Assembly (NCBI GenBank): GCA_018655525.1
Contig: JABIJM010000008.1
Coordinates: 20,836 to 84,835 of the forward strand
Source of the DNA: Candidatus Woesearchaeota archaeon
GTDB taxonomy: Archaea > Nanobdellota > Nanobdellia > Woesearchaeales > GW2011-AR9
DNA length: 64,000 nucleotides
Direction: 5' to 3'
The position numbers were made by a program, and so were the translations under genes. Of the stretch, positions 9,722-20,116 are shown one piece after another (within the stretch, counting starts at the first letter, position 1; each line of letters begins with the position of its first letter). Below the pieces are notes generated by a model. It was given only the letters and a program-made list of their open reading frames with translations. It was not told the DNA's origin and searched no databases.

Positions 9722-10213
9722 ATGGAAAAAAAGAAGCGATTAGAACTTAAAGAGAAGGGATGGACTGAACAAGAATTAAAGAAAGCTGAAAGAATCATGG
9801 AACATGATGTCCAGCAAAGTAAGTCGTTTTCTAGATTAGTATTTTGGTCTGCATTGATTGTCATTCTTTTTGCAAATCTTGCAGTTTCTTTAGTATTAAT
9901 TCCTTTTTTGATTGTGTTTAGTGCAGTAGTGCTATATTCAGTAATTGTATTGTTAGGAATTTCATTTGGGTTTCTTTATAATTTTCTTATATCTACTGTT
10001 GGAACAATGCATAAAGGACATCACCGTTGGACAAATATTTTAGTTCCTATCGTTGCAATGATTAATATTATCATTGTAGTTTTAGCTTCTAATTTCTTTA
10101 TTAGTAAATTAGAATCAAACCCTGTTACTCAAAATCCTTTTATGGCAGGCATTGTGTTTGCAATTGCATTCGTATTACCTTATATGATATTAAAATTATT
10201 TTTTAAGAAATAA
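9722..10213 (+). CDS. Membrane protein of unknown function
   Basis: Charged N-terminus followed by 4 predicted TM helices. Confidence 0.45.
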   Translation: MEKKKRLELKEKGWTEQELKKAERIMEHDVQQSKSFSRLVFWSALIVILFANLAVSLVLIPFLIVFSAVVLYSVIVLLGISFGFLYNFLISTVGTMHKGHHRWTNILVPIVAMINIIIVVLASNFFISKLESNPVTQNPFMAGIVFAIAFVLPYMILKLFFKK

Positions 10214-11800
10214 TTATTCGTCTTTGTTTCCAACTAGTTCTTCAATAACAACCGCAAATGCTGGTCTTGCAATCAATACTCCAAATGTAATACCTGCAAT
10301 CGTTGTAAGTGCAAATCCTTTCAATAAACCTGCACCCGCCCAGTATAAAGGAAGCATTCCTGAAACTGTTGTTAAGTATGCACCCATGACAATAAACATT
10401 GCATTCTTAAGACGTTTTTTCCAATTTGTTTCTTCTTGACCACGCAGGGATTCATCTGTGATTACAATGAGATGATCTACACCTGTACCCATTACAATGA
10501 TAATACCTGCGATTGCTGCAAGATCTAAATTCCATCCTACAAAGGCTGCAAATCCTAAAATTAAAATAACTTCTGAGAATAAGGTTAAAATCATTGGAAG
10601 CACAACTTTAAGTTTTCTATAACGAATGAACACAACCGTAGTTACTGATAATGCAACAAGTAATGCTACTAAAAATACATTATCAAGAAATTCTTTTCCT
10701 AAAGAAGCGGAGATTGAATCCATTTTTACCAGTTCTAATTTCACTGGAAGACTTCCTGTCAAAAGAATTGTCTGAAGACGCTTCATATTTTGTTGTGCTA
10801 CTTTAACTGCTTCTTGTTCTGTAGGTCCAACACCGGAACCAGAGATTTGAATTTGAGTGGTTTTACTTCCTTTTAGGTCCACACCTATGTTAAGAGAATC
10901 TACTTCTACATCATCTAACATTAATACTAAAGGTTCACTTAAGTAACCGTCTGGTCCGCCAACAATATCTAAATTCTGCGTTGCTGCTGCTTGTTGAGCT
11001 GCTGCATCTGGGCTAAGAGTAATTGCAAAGAAAAACCTACAACTATATCCTTCACCTGATCTAAAACATGCACCGCCTTGTCCCCCAATACCGGAACAAT
11101 CTGCACTTCTACAAACATAAGTAATATCTTTCTTTCCACCACGAAATACGGTTTGATTAGCAATATTTGCTTCAAATTTTCCTTGCTTTGATAATAATTC
11201 TTTAACTTCTTCTTCTGTCACACCAGCAATTTCTACTAAAATAAAATCTGTACCTTGCAAATCCTTTGCTGGACGTACAATAACATCACTTAACCCATAT
11301 ACATTGAGACGTTCTTGTAAACTTGCAACAGTTGTGTCAAGATCTTCTTGTGAAACTTCTTCTTGAAATTCTAAAAGAACCCGAGTTCCACCTGCAAGAT
11401 CAAGCCCTTTCTTTAAGTTTGAAGAAGGTGCATTTGAAATACGTAATTGTAATGTTGCCTTTCCATCAATAGTATCTGGAAGAAAGTTATAGGTTCCTTT
11501 TGTTGTTTCAACATGAATAATTTTAGTTGGATCTAATTTTGATTCTACTGCTGCAAAATTTTCTATTGAAGTTATTTTTTCAGAATTGATTGCAATTACT
11601 TTTTCTCTTGCTAAAGGAGGAAGTGTAGATGCAGGATTTTGTAACCCTTGCTGTGCAATACTTGCATTTTGTCCAACACTATTAATGATTACACCTTCAT
11701 TTCCGAAAATTTGAGGTTTAATCGCCATCACTGAAAATATAAGACAAATGAGTAACAAAATTACTTTCCAATGTGTGAAAATTTTTTTATAGGAACTCAT
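10214..11800 (-). CDS. secD: Protein-export membrane protein SecD
   Basis: N-terminal TM, large extracytoplasmic domain, C-terminal 5-TM bundle. Shares a 4-nt overlap with the upstream secF. Confidence 0.75.
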   Translation of the reverse strand: MSSYKKIFTHWKVILLLICLIFSVMAIKPQIFGNEGVIINSVGQNASIAQQGLQNPASTLPPLAREKVIAINSEKITSIENFAAVESKLDPTKIIHVETTKGTYNFLPDTIDGKATLQLRISNAPSSNLKKGLDLAGGTRVLLEFQEEVSQEDLDTTVASLQERLNVYGLSDVIVRPAKDLQGTDFILVEIAGVTEEEVKELLSKQGKFEANIANQTVFRGGKKDITYVCRSADCSGIGGQGGACFRSGEGYSCRFFFAITLSPDAAAQQAAATQNLDIVGGPDGYLSEPLVLMLDDVEVDSLNIGVDLKGSKTTQIQISGSGVGPTEQEAVKVAQQNMKRLQTILLTGSLPVKLELVKMDSISASLGKEFLDNVFLVALLVALSVTTVVFIRYRKLKVVLPMILTLFSEVILILGFAAFVGWNLDLAAIAGIIIVMGTGVDHLIVITDESLRGQEETNWKKRLKNAMFIVMGAYLTTVSGMLPLYWAGAGLLKGFALTTIAGITFGVLIARPAFAVVIEELVGNKDE

Positions 11801-12696
11801 TTTGATTTTTTCCCCTTTCTCTCAAGATATAATCGTAAAATCCCTGTATTTTGAAGCCATGTCATTACTAAATCCACGAGTAATCCAATAAATAAGATAA
11901 TCATAATTTGTTTGATAACTTCTGATTGTGCAAAAATCATTGCAACAAGAATTGCAGTTAACGTTGTTGCACTCATTGTTAATCCTGTTTTCATAGCACC
12001 ATAAATCCGTTCCATAACAGGTCCGTCACCTACGCGTTTTAGAACACGTGTACTTAACAAAATGTCTGTATCCACAGAATATCCAATTAACATTAGGAAT
12101 GCAGCGATTCCTGCAGTACTTAATTTAATTCCTGTAAGATTAAAGATTGCAAGTGTAACGACAATATCTGATGCTGCTGCTAAAATTACCGCTAAACTTG
12201 GTGCAATAGATTTGAAATAAAAGAATACGACAATTCCCATTAAAAGAAATGCAATTAATAATGCAGTCAATGTTTGCTTAAAGAAACTATCTCCAAGAGA
12301 TGAACCCATCGTTTCTACACTTAATGTGTTTTCTGCGATTTTAAGTTGAGATGCAATCTCTTTTCTGAAAAGATCTATTTGTGATTTTTCTTGAATATCC
12401 GAATCTATTGCAATTGTTTCAATACTTCCCGCAACCCCTAAGGTCCTAAATGTAATTTCATTTATAGAAAATTTTTGATTTAATATTTGTTCTAATGATT
12501 CTAAATCAAACGAAGGAACATAATCAAACGACACAGTTGATCCTCCTTTTAGACTAATTCCTTTATTTACGAAATCTTGTCCTGGTTGAGATGCTTGCCA
12601 TCCAATCTGACCAAGAGCTAGGATTAATAAGAGAAATGGAATTATGAGAAGTTTCTTATATTCTCGTTCGTAATACGCTTTTACCTTCTTAAGCAT
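11797..12696 (-). CDS. secF: Protein-export membrane protein SecF
   Basis: 299 aa with one N-terminal TM, a periplasmic domain and C-terminal TMs. Archaeal secF-secD gene order. Confidence 0.75.
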   Translation of the reverse strand: MLKKVKAYYEREYKKLLIIPFLLLILALGQIGWQASQPGQDFVNKGISLKGGSTVSFDYVPSFDLESLEQILNQKFSINEITFRTLGVAGSIETIAIDSDIQEKSQIDLFRKEIASQLKIAENTLSVETMGSSLGDSFFKQTLTALLIAFLLMGIVVFFYFKSIAPSLAVILAAASDIVVTLAIFNLTGIKLSTAGIAAFLMLIGYSVDTDILLSTRVLKRVGDGPVMERIYGAMKTGLTMSATTLTAILVAMIFAQSEVIKQIMIILFIGLLVDLVMTWLQNTGILRLYLERKGKKSK

Positions 12697-12744
12697 ATTC
12701 TCACCTGGGTATGAGGGGTTTATAAAATTTTTGTTATTTGAGGC

Positions 12745-15024
12745 TCATTTACGATTAAATACAACAACCAAACTTAAAATCGTTAACGTTAATACGAGAA
12801 AATAAGGGATTAATTTCTGGGTTTTCATTGAACTTGATTCATAAACAACCATGCCCGTAAGATGATTACGGGATTCTGGTGTTTCTTTGAATGAAGAAGA
12901 TTCTTGAGAAGTAGAGATTTTTTCTTCTTTAGTATTGGACAATGTTGGAAGAGATAAATTTGAAGTTTGAGATTTAGCTATTTCTTCCTTTTCTTTAATG
13001 TAAATTTCTTTAGTTAGGTCCTTTGTAGTCTTTCTTCCTTTTTTCAAGATTTTTACCTTTAGTTTGTATGCACCTGGGTTGACATCTTCATCTATTTTGA
13101 CCAAAAATTCTGTAATTTTTGCTTCTTCATCTCCTAAAGACACTTTTTTTGCAAGAGCATCACGTTCTTCATCATCACAGGAATAACATTTACTTCCCCT
13201 ATATACATAAGGCCATATCGTAAATGAATTTTTTTCATCTTCATTCAAAATTTGAACTTTCAATCGCAATATGTTTCCAGATTCAACTGAATTTGGGAGA
13301 TCAATGATGTCATATGTCAACTTTTGTTTCGTTGATGACGTTGTTTCTGTTTCAGAAGTTGTTGAAGATGTAGTTAAATTCTTTTTTGCTTCTTTAATGT
13401 AAGTTAACAAATCCTTACAGACGCCAGGATCAACGTCAGAAATAGTAAATTCTTTTTTAGAGGTTAAATTGAATGCGCTTAACACTAATTCTGCTTTTCC
13501 TGAATCTATATTTTCATGACAATTAGGGATTAGTTGAATGGGAAGTGTTAAAGGATAGTTCTTATATTTATCCATAATATTTACACGTGTTGTTTTACTC
13601 AATTTCTTACCGTCACGTTCCACCCATAATTGAACTGAGGTTTTGGTTTCGTCTCCTTTATAAATTTCAACTTTTGTTGTAAATTGTTCTCCCCATTTTA
13701 CGCGGTTATCTGAACCAACATTAATTTTGGTGATTTTAAGAGAAGAATCTGATTTATCATACAAAGGATTAATTGCAAACATTTTTGAAACATTATTATT
13801 TTGAAGGTTTTGATCATCACAGGTTAAGTTTTCAAACCAAAATTGTAATTGATAAATCCCTTCTTTTAATCTTGGTGAATACGTTTTTTTTGCACTTGTT
13901 GAGATTTTACGTTTTTTGAATGGGGTGTATGTTTTGATTTTTTTTCCGAAGAAATCTGTAACGGTTCCTGTTGCAGTGATGTTTTGTATTAATCCGGAAT
14001 CTCTTGTTGCATAAATTTGGAATGAAAAATCTTTATTTGTGAAAATTGATTTTTTAAGATTTAAATGTAATTTCCAATCACATTTGTTGTTCAATTTAAT
14101 ATTTGGATTTTTTGGAGAAGCATTTGTAAGAAAAAACCCCTCATCAAATTGACTGAAACTCATTCCTTCAACAGCACCTGCATAATTAATTGTACTTAAA
14201 AGTGTATCTCCTCTAAATAATCTTACTTCATCAAAATCTGAGTTTAAAGAAAAATCCGTGTCACCATCCCGATAGACTAATTTGTAACAATGGCTACAAA
14301 TTAAAGTATTTCCATCAACTTTATTATCGGCAATGATTAATTGATTGGAATCATCTTTATCTTTAAGAATTAAACCTTTGAGATCAATTGTTTTAAGAGC
14401 ATTATTGTAAATTTCAACCCATTCGCCATCTGGTTTATGGAGATTATCTTCTCCAAAGGGATTAGGTAAAACTTCAGAGATTTGAAGAAAAGTATATTCG
14501 GCAGAAAGGTCCCATACGCTATTTATTTCTCCGGGAGTTCCATTCAGGACCAAACTTTCTCCAAAACTTTCATCTGACCTTTTTTCTAGTGTTTTTCCTT
14601 TTTTCCATTTTGTGACATCATAAGAAATTGAATCATTGTAAGTATGATTGTAAAGTGTAATGGTTTCTTTATTTCCTAAACTATTTCCGAGAGTTTTATC
14701 ATCTATACATATCTTAAGCGCAGTTGTATTTATGTGATTATAAAGTTGAGAATCTTGATCTGTAATAATCGCATAGGACTTCGGTTGTAATATAAGCGAA
14801 CAATTGTTTATGAACCCACAACAAGTTATTTGATCAATGCTTTTTGTATCGCTGAAATTCCATTCAGTGAGGTTGACGGGACGTTCAGAGGGGTTATAAA
14901 TTTCAACCCACTCACAATATTTATCGGAACATTGTGATGAAGAAAACATAACTTCACTAATTTCAATTGATGCAACCGAGAGGGGTATAAATAATAAAAA
15001 AATTACAATCATCCATCTCTTCAT
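12745..15024 (-). CDS. Large secreted/surface protein with two lamin-tail domains (LTD) and a C-terminal TM anchor
   Basis: Signal peptide present. Two LTD signatures (CEWVEIYNPSERPVNLTEWNF and GEWVEIYNNALKTIDLKGLIL). Thr/Ser-rich linker. C-terminal hydrophobic anchor followed by basic residues. Confidence 0.6.
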   Translation of the reverse strand: MKRWMIVIFLLFIPLSVASIEISEVMFSSSQCSDKYCEWVEIYNPSERPVNLTEWNFSDTKSIDQITCCGFINNCSLILQPKSYAIITDQDSQLYNHINTTALKICIDDKTLGNSLGNKETITLYNHTYNDSISYDVTKWKKGKTLEKRSDESFGESLVLNGTPGEINSVWDLSAEYTFLQISEVLPNPFGEDNLHKPDGEWVEIYNNALKTIDLKGLILKDKDDSNQLIIADNKVDGNTLICSHCYKLVYRDGDTDFSLNSDFDEVRLFRGDTLLSTINYAGAVEGMSFSQFDEGFFLTNASPKNPNIKLNNKCDWKLHLNLKKSIFTNKDFSFQIYATRDSGLIQNITATGTVTDFFGKKIKTYTPFKKRKISTSAKKTYSPRLKEGIYQLQFWFENLTCDDQNLQNNNVSKMFAINPLYDKSDSSLKITKINVGSDNRVKWGEQFTTKVEIYKGDETKTSVQLWVERDGKKLSKTTRVNIMDKYKNYPLTLPIQLIPNCHENIDSGKAELVLSAFNLTSKKEFTISDVDPGVCKDLLTYIKEAKKNLTTSSTTSETETTSSTKQKLTYDIIDLPNSVESGNILRLKVQILNEDEKNSFTIWPYVYRGSKCYSCDDEERDALAKKVSLGDEEAKITEFLVKIDEDVNPGAYKLKVKILKKGRKTTKDLTKEIYIKEKEEIAKSQTSNLSLPTLSNTKEEKISTSQESSSFKETPESRNHLTGMVVYESSSMKTQKLIPYFLVLTLTILSLVVVFNRK

Positions 15025-15138
15025 TTTTCACATGAAATAAAAAATGTTTTAAATACATTTACGTCTTAGAACCATTGTTTTACTATTGTCAAATACTAAA
15101 CAAAGTTTAAATAGGCTCTTCTGCTTTTAAATGGAATT

Positions 15139-15615
15139 ATGGGATGGTTATTTGGCAAGAAAAAGGTACCTAAGGTTCCGTTTCCGCAAGGACGGGAAGC
15201 AAATGCATTAAAGTTTCCTTCTAGTACTCCTGCTCAAAGAATTATTGAACCACGTAGTGTTAAAGAAGCGGTTGGTGTTGGAAAAGCTCCATTACCTCCT
15301 TCAAAGCCACAACGCGAAGAAGAAACTTTAGTTCCAAGTCCTAAAGAAGTCCCAAATATGCCAACACCTATGCAACCTCACGAGATTTTTGGTGCAGAAG
15401 GCCCACTATATATTAAGATGGAAGTTTATCAAACAATTCTTGGAGAATTGGATGAATTAAAAACAGATTTCACACGTTTAAATAAATCTCACAGAATATT
15501 AGAAGAATCAGAATTCAATGAAGAACATCACTACGGAAAATTAAAAAATAACATGAAATTAATTCATGATAAATTATTACAAGCAGATAAAACCTTATTT
15601 AAGGTGCAAGAATAG
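15139..15615 (+). CDS. Hypothetical protein (Pro-rich N-terminus, helical C-terminus)
   Basis: ORF with an SD-less ATG. No motif. Confidence 0.4.
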   Translation: MGWLFGKKKVPKVPFPQGREANALKFPSSTPAQRIIEPRSVKEAVGVGKAPLPPSKPQREEETLVPSPKEVPNMPTPMQPHEIFGAEGPLYIKMEVYQTILGELDELKTDFTRLNKSHRILEESEFNEEHHYGKLKNNMKLIHDKLLQADKTLFKVQE

Positions 15616-15617
15616 AG

Positions 15618-15854
15618 GTGACTATGATGGAAAAAATGCCTGTCTTCGTAAAAGTTGACGATTATAATGATGTACTGGGATTAGTAAAAACTATTAGATC
15701 TAAGTTAGAGGATGCTAAACAAACTTTGTTAAAAATTCATGATTTGAAAAATGAAGAAGACCACCAACTAGAATTATGGCAAAATACTTTGGCTGAAGTT
15801 GAAAAAAAGGTTGATTTTGTGGATCATTCTTTAAATGAACCTCAACAATTCTAA
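15618..15854 (+). CDS. Hypothetical small protein
   Basis: 78 aa, tightly linked to its neighbours. Confidence 0.4.
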   Translation: MTMMEKMPVFVKVDDYNDVLGLVKTIRSKLEDAKQTLLKIHDLKNEEDHQLELWQNTLAEVEKKVDFVDHSLNEPQQF

Positions 15855-15859
15855 ATACT

Positions 15860-16528
15860 ATGGCAAAACGCAAGACAACACGTAAAAGAACAGTTAAAAG
15901 GAAAGCTACAAAGAAACGAAGTTCTTCAAAACGTAAAGCAACAACTACAAAAAGAACTGTAAAACGAGAATCTGGTCCTGCGTATATGGTTCAATTATCA
16001 GATCCAAAAAGTATTAGAAAAGATATTCTTGAATCTCTACGAGAAGTGATTATTTTTATGCAAGCTCATGAAAAGTTTATGCGGATCCAAGAGGAAAAAG
16101 TAACACTATTTACAAAATTAAAAAATGATGTGAAAGAATTAAATTTATTAATTGAACATAAGTTGAAAAAGCATTTGCCAAAAGGAAAATTAAAGGCAGT
16201 TTCACGATATGTGGAAAAAAGGAAAAAGCAACAAGATATGGAAAAAGTAGAAGTGGTTTCAGCAAGAGAAATGGCAAACAGTCCAAGAATGCCAGAAGTA
16301 CCGGTGAATGTTGTATCAACATTACCTAACGGTTCAATACCTCAGCCGTTACCAAATCCTTTGCCTCCAGCTGCACCTTTACCTCCTCCTCAACCAGGAC
16401 AAACGCCGGCACCTTCTCCAGTTCCAATGGCGCCACCAATGCCTAAGCCTGTTGCGCCTAAATCAGATTTAGATGATTTAGAGAATCAGTTAAAGGATAT
16501 TGAAGACCAATTACGTGGCATCCAATAG
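15860..16528 (+). CDS. Hypothetical protein with a basic N-terminus, coiled-coil and proline-rich segment
   Basis: KRK-rich N-terminus, PLPNPLPPAAPLPPPQP tract, C-terminal coiled-coil. Confidence 0.4.
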   Translation: MAKRKTTRKRTVKRKATKKRSSSKRKATTTKRTVKRESGPAYMVQLSDPKSIRKDILESLREVIIFMQAHEKFMRIQEEKVTLFTKLKNDVKELNLLIEHKLKKHLPKGKLKAVSRYVEKRKKQQDMEKVEVVSAREMANSPRMPEVPVNVVSTLPNGSIPQPLPNPLPPAAPLPPPQPGQTPAPSPVPMAPPMPKPVAPKSDLDDLENQLKDIEDQLRGIQ

Positions 16529-16603
16529 AATTATTTGTTTTTAATATTTATATTTAGAATTCTGGTAGTTATAATTAAAAAAAAAAGAAATAAAAAAAGA
16601 AAA

Positions 16604-17665
16604 TTATCTAAATCTTCCTGTAAGCCAGCCCAAGATTCTTTCTAACAGATTACTTTGTTCTTGTAACTGACCAGAAAGATCAGTACACGTTCCGCTGAGG
16701 CAAGAGTTGGTGGAACACTCATAATCATTTTGACAGGTGAGTCCAGGTGTAATTTGAGGTTGCATTGTTCCATCCCAACTACAAAATTTATTTTCGCCAT
16801 TACGAATCCGTGTACCGACCGGAAGGCACTTATCATTGTAAAAACATCCATTGTTACATTCTACATCCGTTGCAGGGTTCACAACATTTTCTGGCAAAGC
16901 AAATGGTGATTCTTCATTAACTTCTGGAATAGCAGTAATGATTTCATTTTCAATATAAGGTACAGGATAATTTGTAACATATACTGTTTCTATATTACTA
17001 CAGACGTTATCTACAATGTTTTTATTATCAGATAAACAAACTTGAAAAGTCCAAGGTCCTTCTTCTAAGTTGCCTAAGTTGTAGTAACTCCCAAAACTGA
17101 CCCAAGAATTTGCATGGTTCTGTTTTAAAACATTTCCTTGATTCCATTTAATGTTGTATTTATCAAATCTGTCTCCCAAACCATTGACATCATTCCAATC
17201 CATATTTGCAAAACCAGGTTCATTATTTGAGCCTGTTAAAACTAACAAATCACTTGATCCACTTCCTCCTGAAGGAACTGCATCTGTTGAATCTTCACCT
17301 TGAACATAGACGGTTTTTGGTTCACTACAGGTTCCAGGAAGATCTTTTCCATTTCTTGATAAACATACTTGAAATGTATGCGGACCTTCATCTAATCCAC
17401 CTAAATTATAATAGCTACCAAAACTAACCCATGAATTTAAACATTGGTTATCCAAGTGCTCACGCGATAAATCTGCGCCTTTGTTATATTTAATATGATA
17501 TTTGTCGGAATCTGTTCCGAAACTATCTGCATCATTCCATTCAAGGTTCGCGAAACCTTCTTCGTTACTTGTAACGGTTAAGTCTACTGCTGTTTGTGCA
17601 TATACTGGCACAAGCACAGCTGCGAACATGATGGTAAGTACAAATAAAACTTTTAATATTTTCAT
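16604..17665 (-). CDS. Secreted Cys-rich protein with two tandem repeats of about 110 aa
   Basis: Signal peptide (MKILKVLFVLTIMFAAVLVPVYA). The repeated block GFAN.{1}WND...KY.IK.N.G...SWVSFGSYYNLG.L.EGP.TFQVCLS occurs twice. Cys-rich C-terminal region. The probable start is the internal ATG at 17665. Confidence 0.5.
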   Translation of the reverse strand: MKILKVLFVLTIMFAAVLVPVYAQTAVDLTVTSNEEGFANLEWNDADSFGTDSDKYHIKYNKGADLSREHLDNQCLNSWVSFGSYYNLGGLDEGPHTFQVCLSRNGKDLPGTCSEPKTVYVQGEDSTDAVPSGGSGSSDLLVLTGSNNEPGFANMDWNDVNGLGDRFDKYNIKWNQGNVLKQNHANSWVSFGSYYNLGNLEEGPWTFQVCLSDNKNIVDNVCSNIETVYVTNYPVPYIENEIITAIPEVNEESPFALPENVVNPATDVECNNGCFYNDKCLPVGTRIRNGENKFCSWDGTMQPQITPGLTCQNDYECSTNSCLSGTCTDLSGQLQEQSNLLERILGWLTGRFR

Positions 17666-17797
17666 TGTGTATGACCTCGTGTGTTTCATATCTGTATAAT
17701 TGTAAAACAAATATATATTACTTGGGTGGACATGATGTTTGAAAGAAGTTAAAATTAAGGCCCATTTTGATTAAGAAGGAACAAAATATGCCCAAAA

Positions 17798-18724
17798 TCA
17801 CTTTTTGCCTAAAAAGAAGTCCGTTAATGTGATTGTCACCATTTTTCCATGTTTTTCTATTAAAATGATGTTTTTACGTTCAAGTTTTTGAAGTACTCTT
17901 GATAAGCTTGTTCGAGGTATTTTTGTCGAATGACGAATCTTTGACTGTGAGGTTTTATTCTTATTTTCTAATAAAAAGAGGACTATTTTTTTCTCTTTTT
18001 CTGAAAGAGTTTTTAATATTGTATTGCTATTATTGTTGGAGGTGTTTTCTCCAGTAGTAGAAGGTATTGGAATTTTTCTTTTTCGTTTCTTTAAGTAAAA
18101 TCCAATGATCACTAAACTTATAATTACAATAACATACGGCCAAACTAAAGGACCATTCCCTAAAGATTCATTGAGTATTACCTTTACTTCAGTAGGTTTA
18201 CCTTTTTTAATCTCAAATTCAGTTCTTCCTGCAAGACCCCCATCGTTTGCAATAAGTGTACATTTTCCTTCTGGGAAATTTGGAATTGCAAAGAACCCAG
18301 TCTTATCTGCTTGGGTTGGAAAAGAAATATCTTTTGCAGTATAACAAGAGAATTGAAGTTCAGCTTCAGACACTAAATTTCCTTGTTCATCTAAAACAGT
18401 TCCTTGAACATAGCCAATGGGAAAAATAAGGAATTGTTCTTTAAAGGAGGATTTAAATGTGACAATTTTTTTTCCAAAATAATCTGGTGTAGGTGTGGAA
18501 GGATCATCTACAATTGCTTCAAAATGATATGTCCCATCTGGAATTGTTAAATGATATGTGTTCGAATCCAGAACTGCTTTATTCACATTTTCTTCATATT
18601 GTAAAGTCATAATATGTTTAGAGAGATCTTCAAAAGAAGGTGTTTGAAATTCAAATTCTACGTTAGCATAGGTTAAAGGCAGCAACAATAAAATTAAGAG
18701 TAAATAGAGCTTCTTCATAGACAT
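17798..18724 (-). CDS. Single-pass membrane protein: extracellular beta-rich domain + TM + cytoplasmic winged-HTH
   Basis: Signal peptide, extracellular domain, TM helix (PYVIVIISLVIIGFYL) followed by KKRKRK, then a C-terminal wHTH (LSEKEKKIVLFLLENKNKTSQSKIRHSTKIPRTSLSRVLQKLERKNII). Confidence 0.5.
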   Translation of the reverse strand: MSMKKLYLLLILLLLPLTYANVEFEFQTPSFEDLSKHIMTLQYEENVNKAVLDSNTYHLTIPDGTYHFEAIVDDPSTPTPDYFGKKIVTFKSSFKEQFLIFPIGYVQGTVLDEQGNLVSEAELQFSCYTAKDISFPTQADKTGFFAIPNFPEGKCTLIANDGGLAGRTEFEIKKGKPTEVKVILNESLGNGPLVWPYVIVIISLVIIGFYLKKRKRKIPIPSTTGENTSNNNSNTILKTLSEKEKKIVLFLLENKNKTSQSKIRHSTKIPRTSLSRVLQKLERKNIILIEKHGKMVTITLTDFFLGKK

Positions 18725-18792
18725 TAGAAAAGTATTGGCGTATATAAATATTGGGGAGACTTCAATTATTAAAAAGAAAAAAAAGAAAAAAA

Positions 18793-19344
18793 TTATTTTT
18801 TAGTTGCTTCTCTATAATAATTTGCCCATAAGTAACTTTGACTCCAAGAAATTGCTGGAATTGTTACAACCATGGTAATTATAGGTATTGATGCAATAAG
18901 CCAAATTAAAACAACAACTAAGGATTTTAAGAATGTGATTATCCACTCTCCAAAGTTATTAAACACAACTTTACTTGCATCAACGACATTTAAACCATCA
19001 CCAATTTTCTTTGTTACTGCAATTTGTGCAACTAATACTGGTGCAATTAATATGTAGTACACATTTCCTACCCATCCGAGTAAAGGGATTAGTGCAATAA
19101 TAAAAACTGCTATTTGTAGCACAAGCATTACAACAATTAAGAAAAAACCTTCTTTAAATAAGCCGGTAAATGGTCTAATTGCAGGCAACTCTTTATCTTT
19201 TCCTTTTATGATTTCTTCGTAAACACGTAAACCATAACCGCTAGCGACTAACCAACCCCATACAGGGACTAGAATCCACCAATAGTTAAACAAACGTGCG
19301 AAGTTCGCAAAAGGATACTTTAGAGCTTCTTTTATACTTGCCAT
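18793..19344 (-). CDS. Membrane protein of unknown function
   Basis: 183 aa with 4-5 predicted TM helices. Confidence 0.45.
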   Translation of the reverse strand: MASIKEALKYPFANFARLFNYWWILVPVWGWLVASGYGLRVYEEIIKGKDKELPAIRPFTGLFKEGFFLIVVMLVLQIAVFIIALIPLLGWVGNVYYILIAPVLVAQIAVTKKIGDGLNVVDASKVVFNNFGEWIITFLKSLVVVLIWLIASIPIITMVVTIPAISWSQSYLWANYYREATKK

Positions 19345-19431
19345 ACTTGTAATGTCGAGTTTAGAGTATATAAATATTTGGTTGGGTATATGTAAAGAAA
19401 AATATATAAACCATTAAATAAATAAAAATGA

Positions 19432-20085
19432 ATGTCAATTTTAAGTTTTACAAAGAAAACAGTTCTTGAAGAATTAAGAAGAGAAGGAAAAGGGATGGCA
19501 ATTTATGCCATATGCATTGCTGCTCAATGTATGGATCTTTATAATTCAACAAGATATTTAGAACATAGAAAAATCGCAGAAGAAGTAACCTCTCCTGAAA
19601 AAAAAGAAGTTGTTGTAGCTAGGAAAAAGTTATTTAAAATTTCTAACGAAATTTTTGAATTAGATTTAAATTTAAAAAAAGAAGTCATTCCAATTTTGAC
19701 AATTGAAGAAAAAATAAGAAAAAATCCTAAAATCAATGATGTTGCAAAAATAAAACTATTAAAAATAACTTTAGAAACAGTTAAAGAGATTGAAGCAAAA
19801 TCAAATGACATTGAAAAGAGATTACTTTCTTTAGAAAAAGACATTGATAAAAAAACGTTTGATTGGAAATTATTATCGTCGATGGTAGACCACCATAGAG
19901 GTATTATAACCAACATTATTCTTCTTAAAGGAAAAATTGAAAGAAGAATTAAATTTATTGAACGAAAACAAGCCCTTTCTAAAATGAATAATACCTTAAA
20001 ACCACTCCATTCAACACATAAATCAAAAAAAATTATTCAAAAGGCAAGAGCAATCCATATGAAAAACCACGCCAGACGAACATAG
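19432..20085 (+). CDS. Hypothetical coiled-coil protein
   Basis: Lys/Glu-rich helical ORF. Confidence 0.4.
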   Translation: MSILSFTKKTVLEELRREGKGMAIYAICIAAQCMDLYNSTRYLEHRKIAEEVTSPEKKEVVVARKKLFKISNEIFELDLNLKKEVIPILTIEEKIRKNPKINDVAKIKLLKITLETVKEIEAKSNDIEKRLLSLEKDIDKKTFDWKLLSSMVDHHRGIITNIILLKGKIERRIKFIERKQALSKMNNTLKPLHSTHKSKKIIQKARAIHMKNHARRT

Positions 20086-20116
20086 TTTTTTAAATCATTG
20101 TTTCTTTTATGATAAT

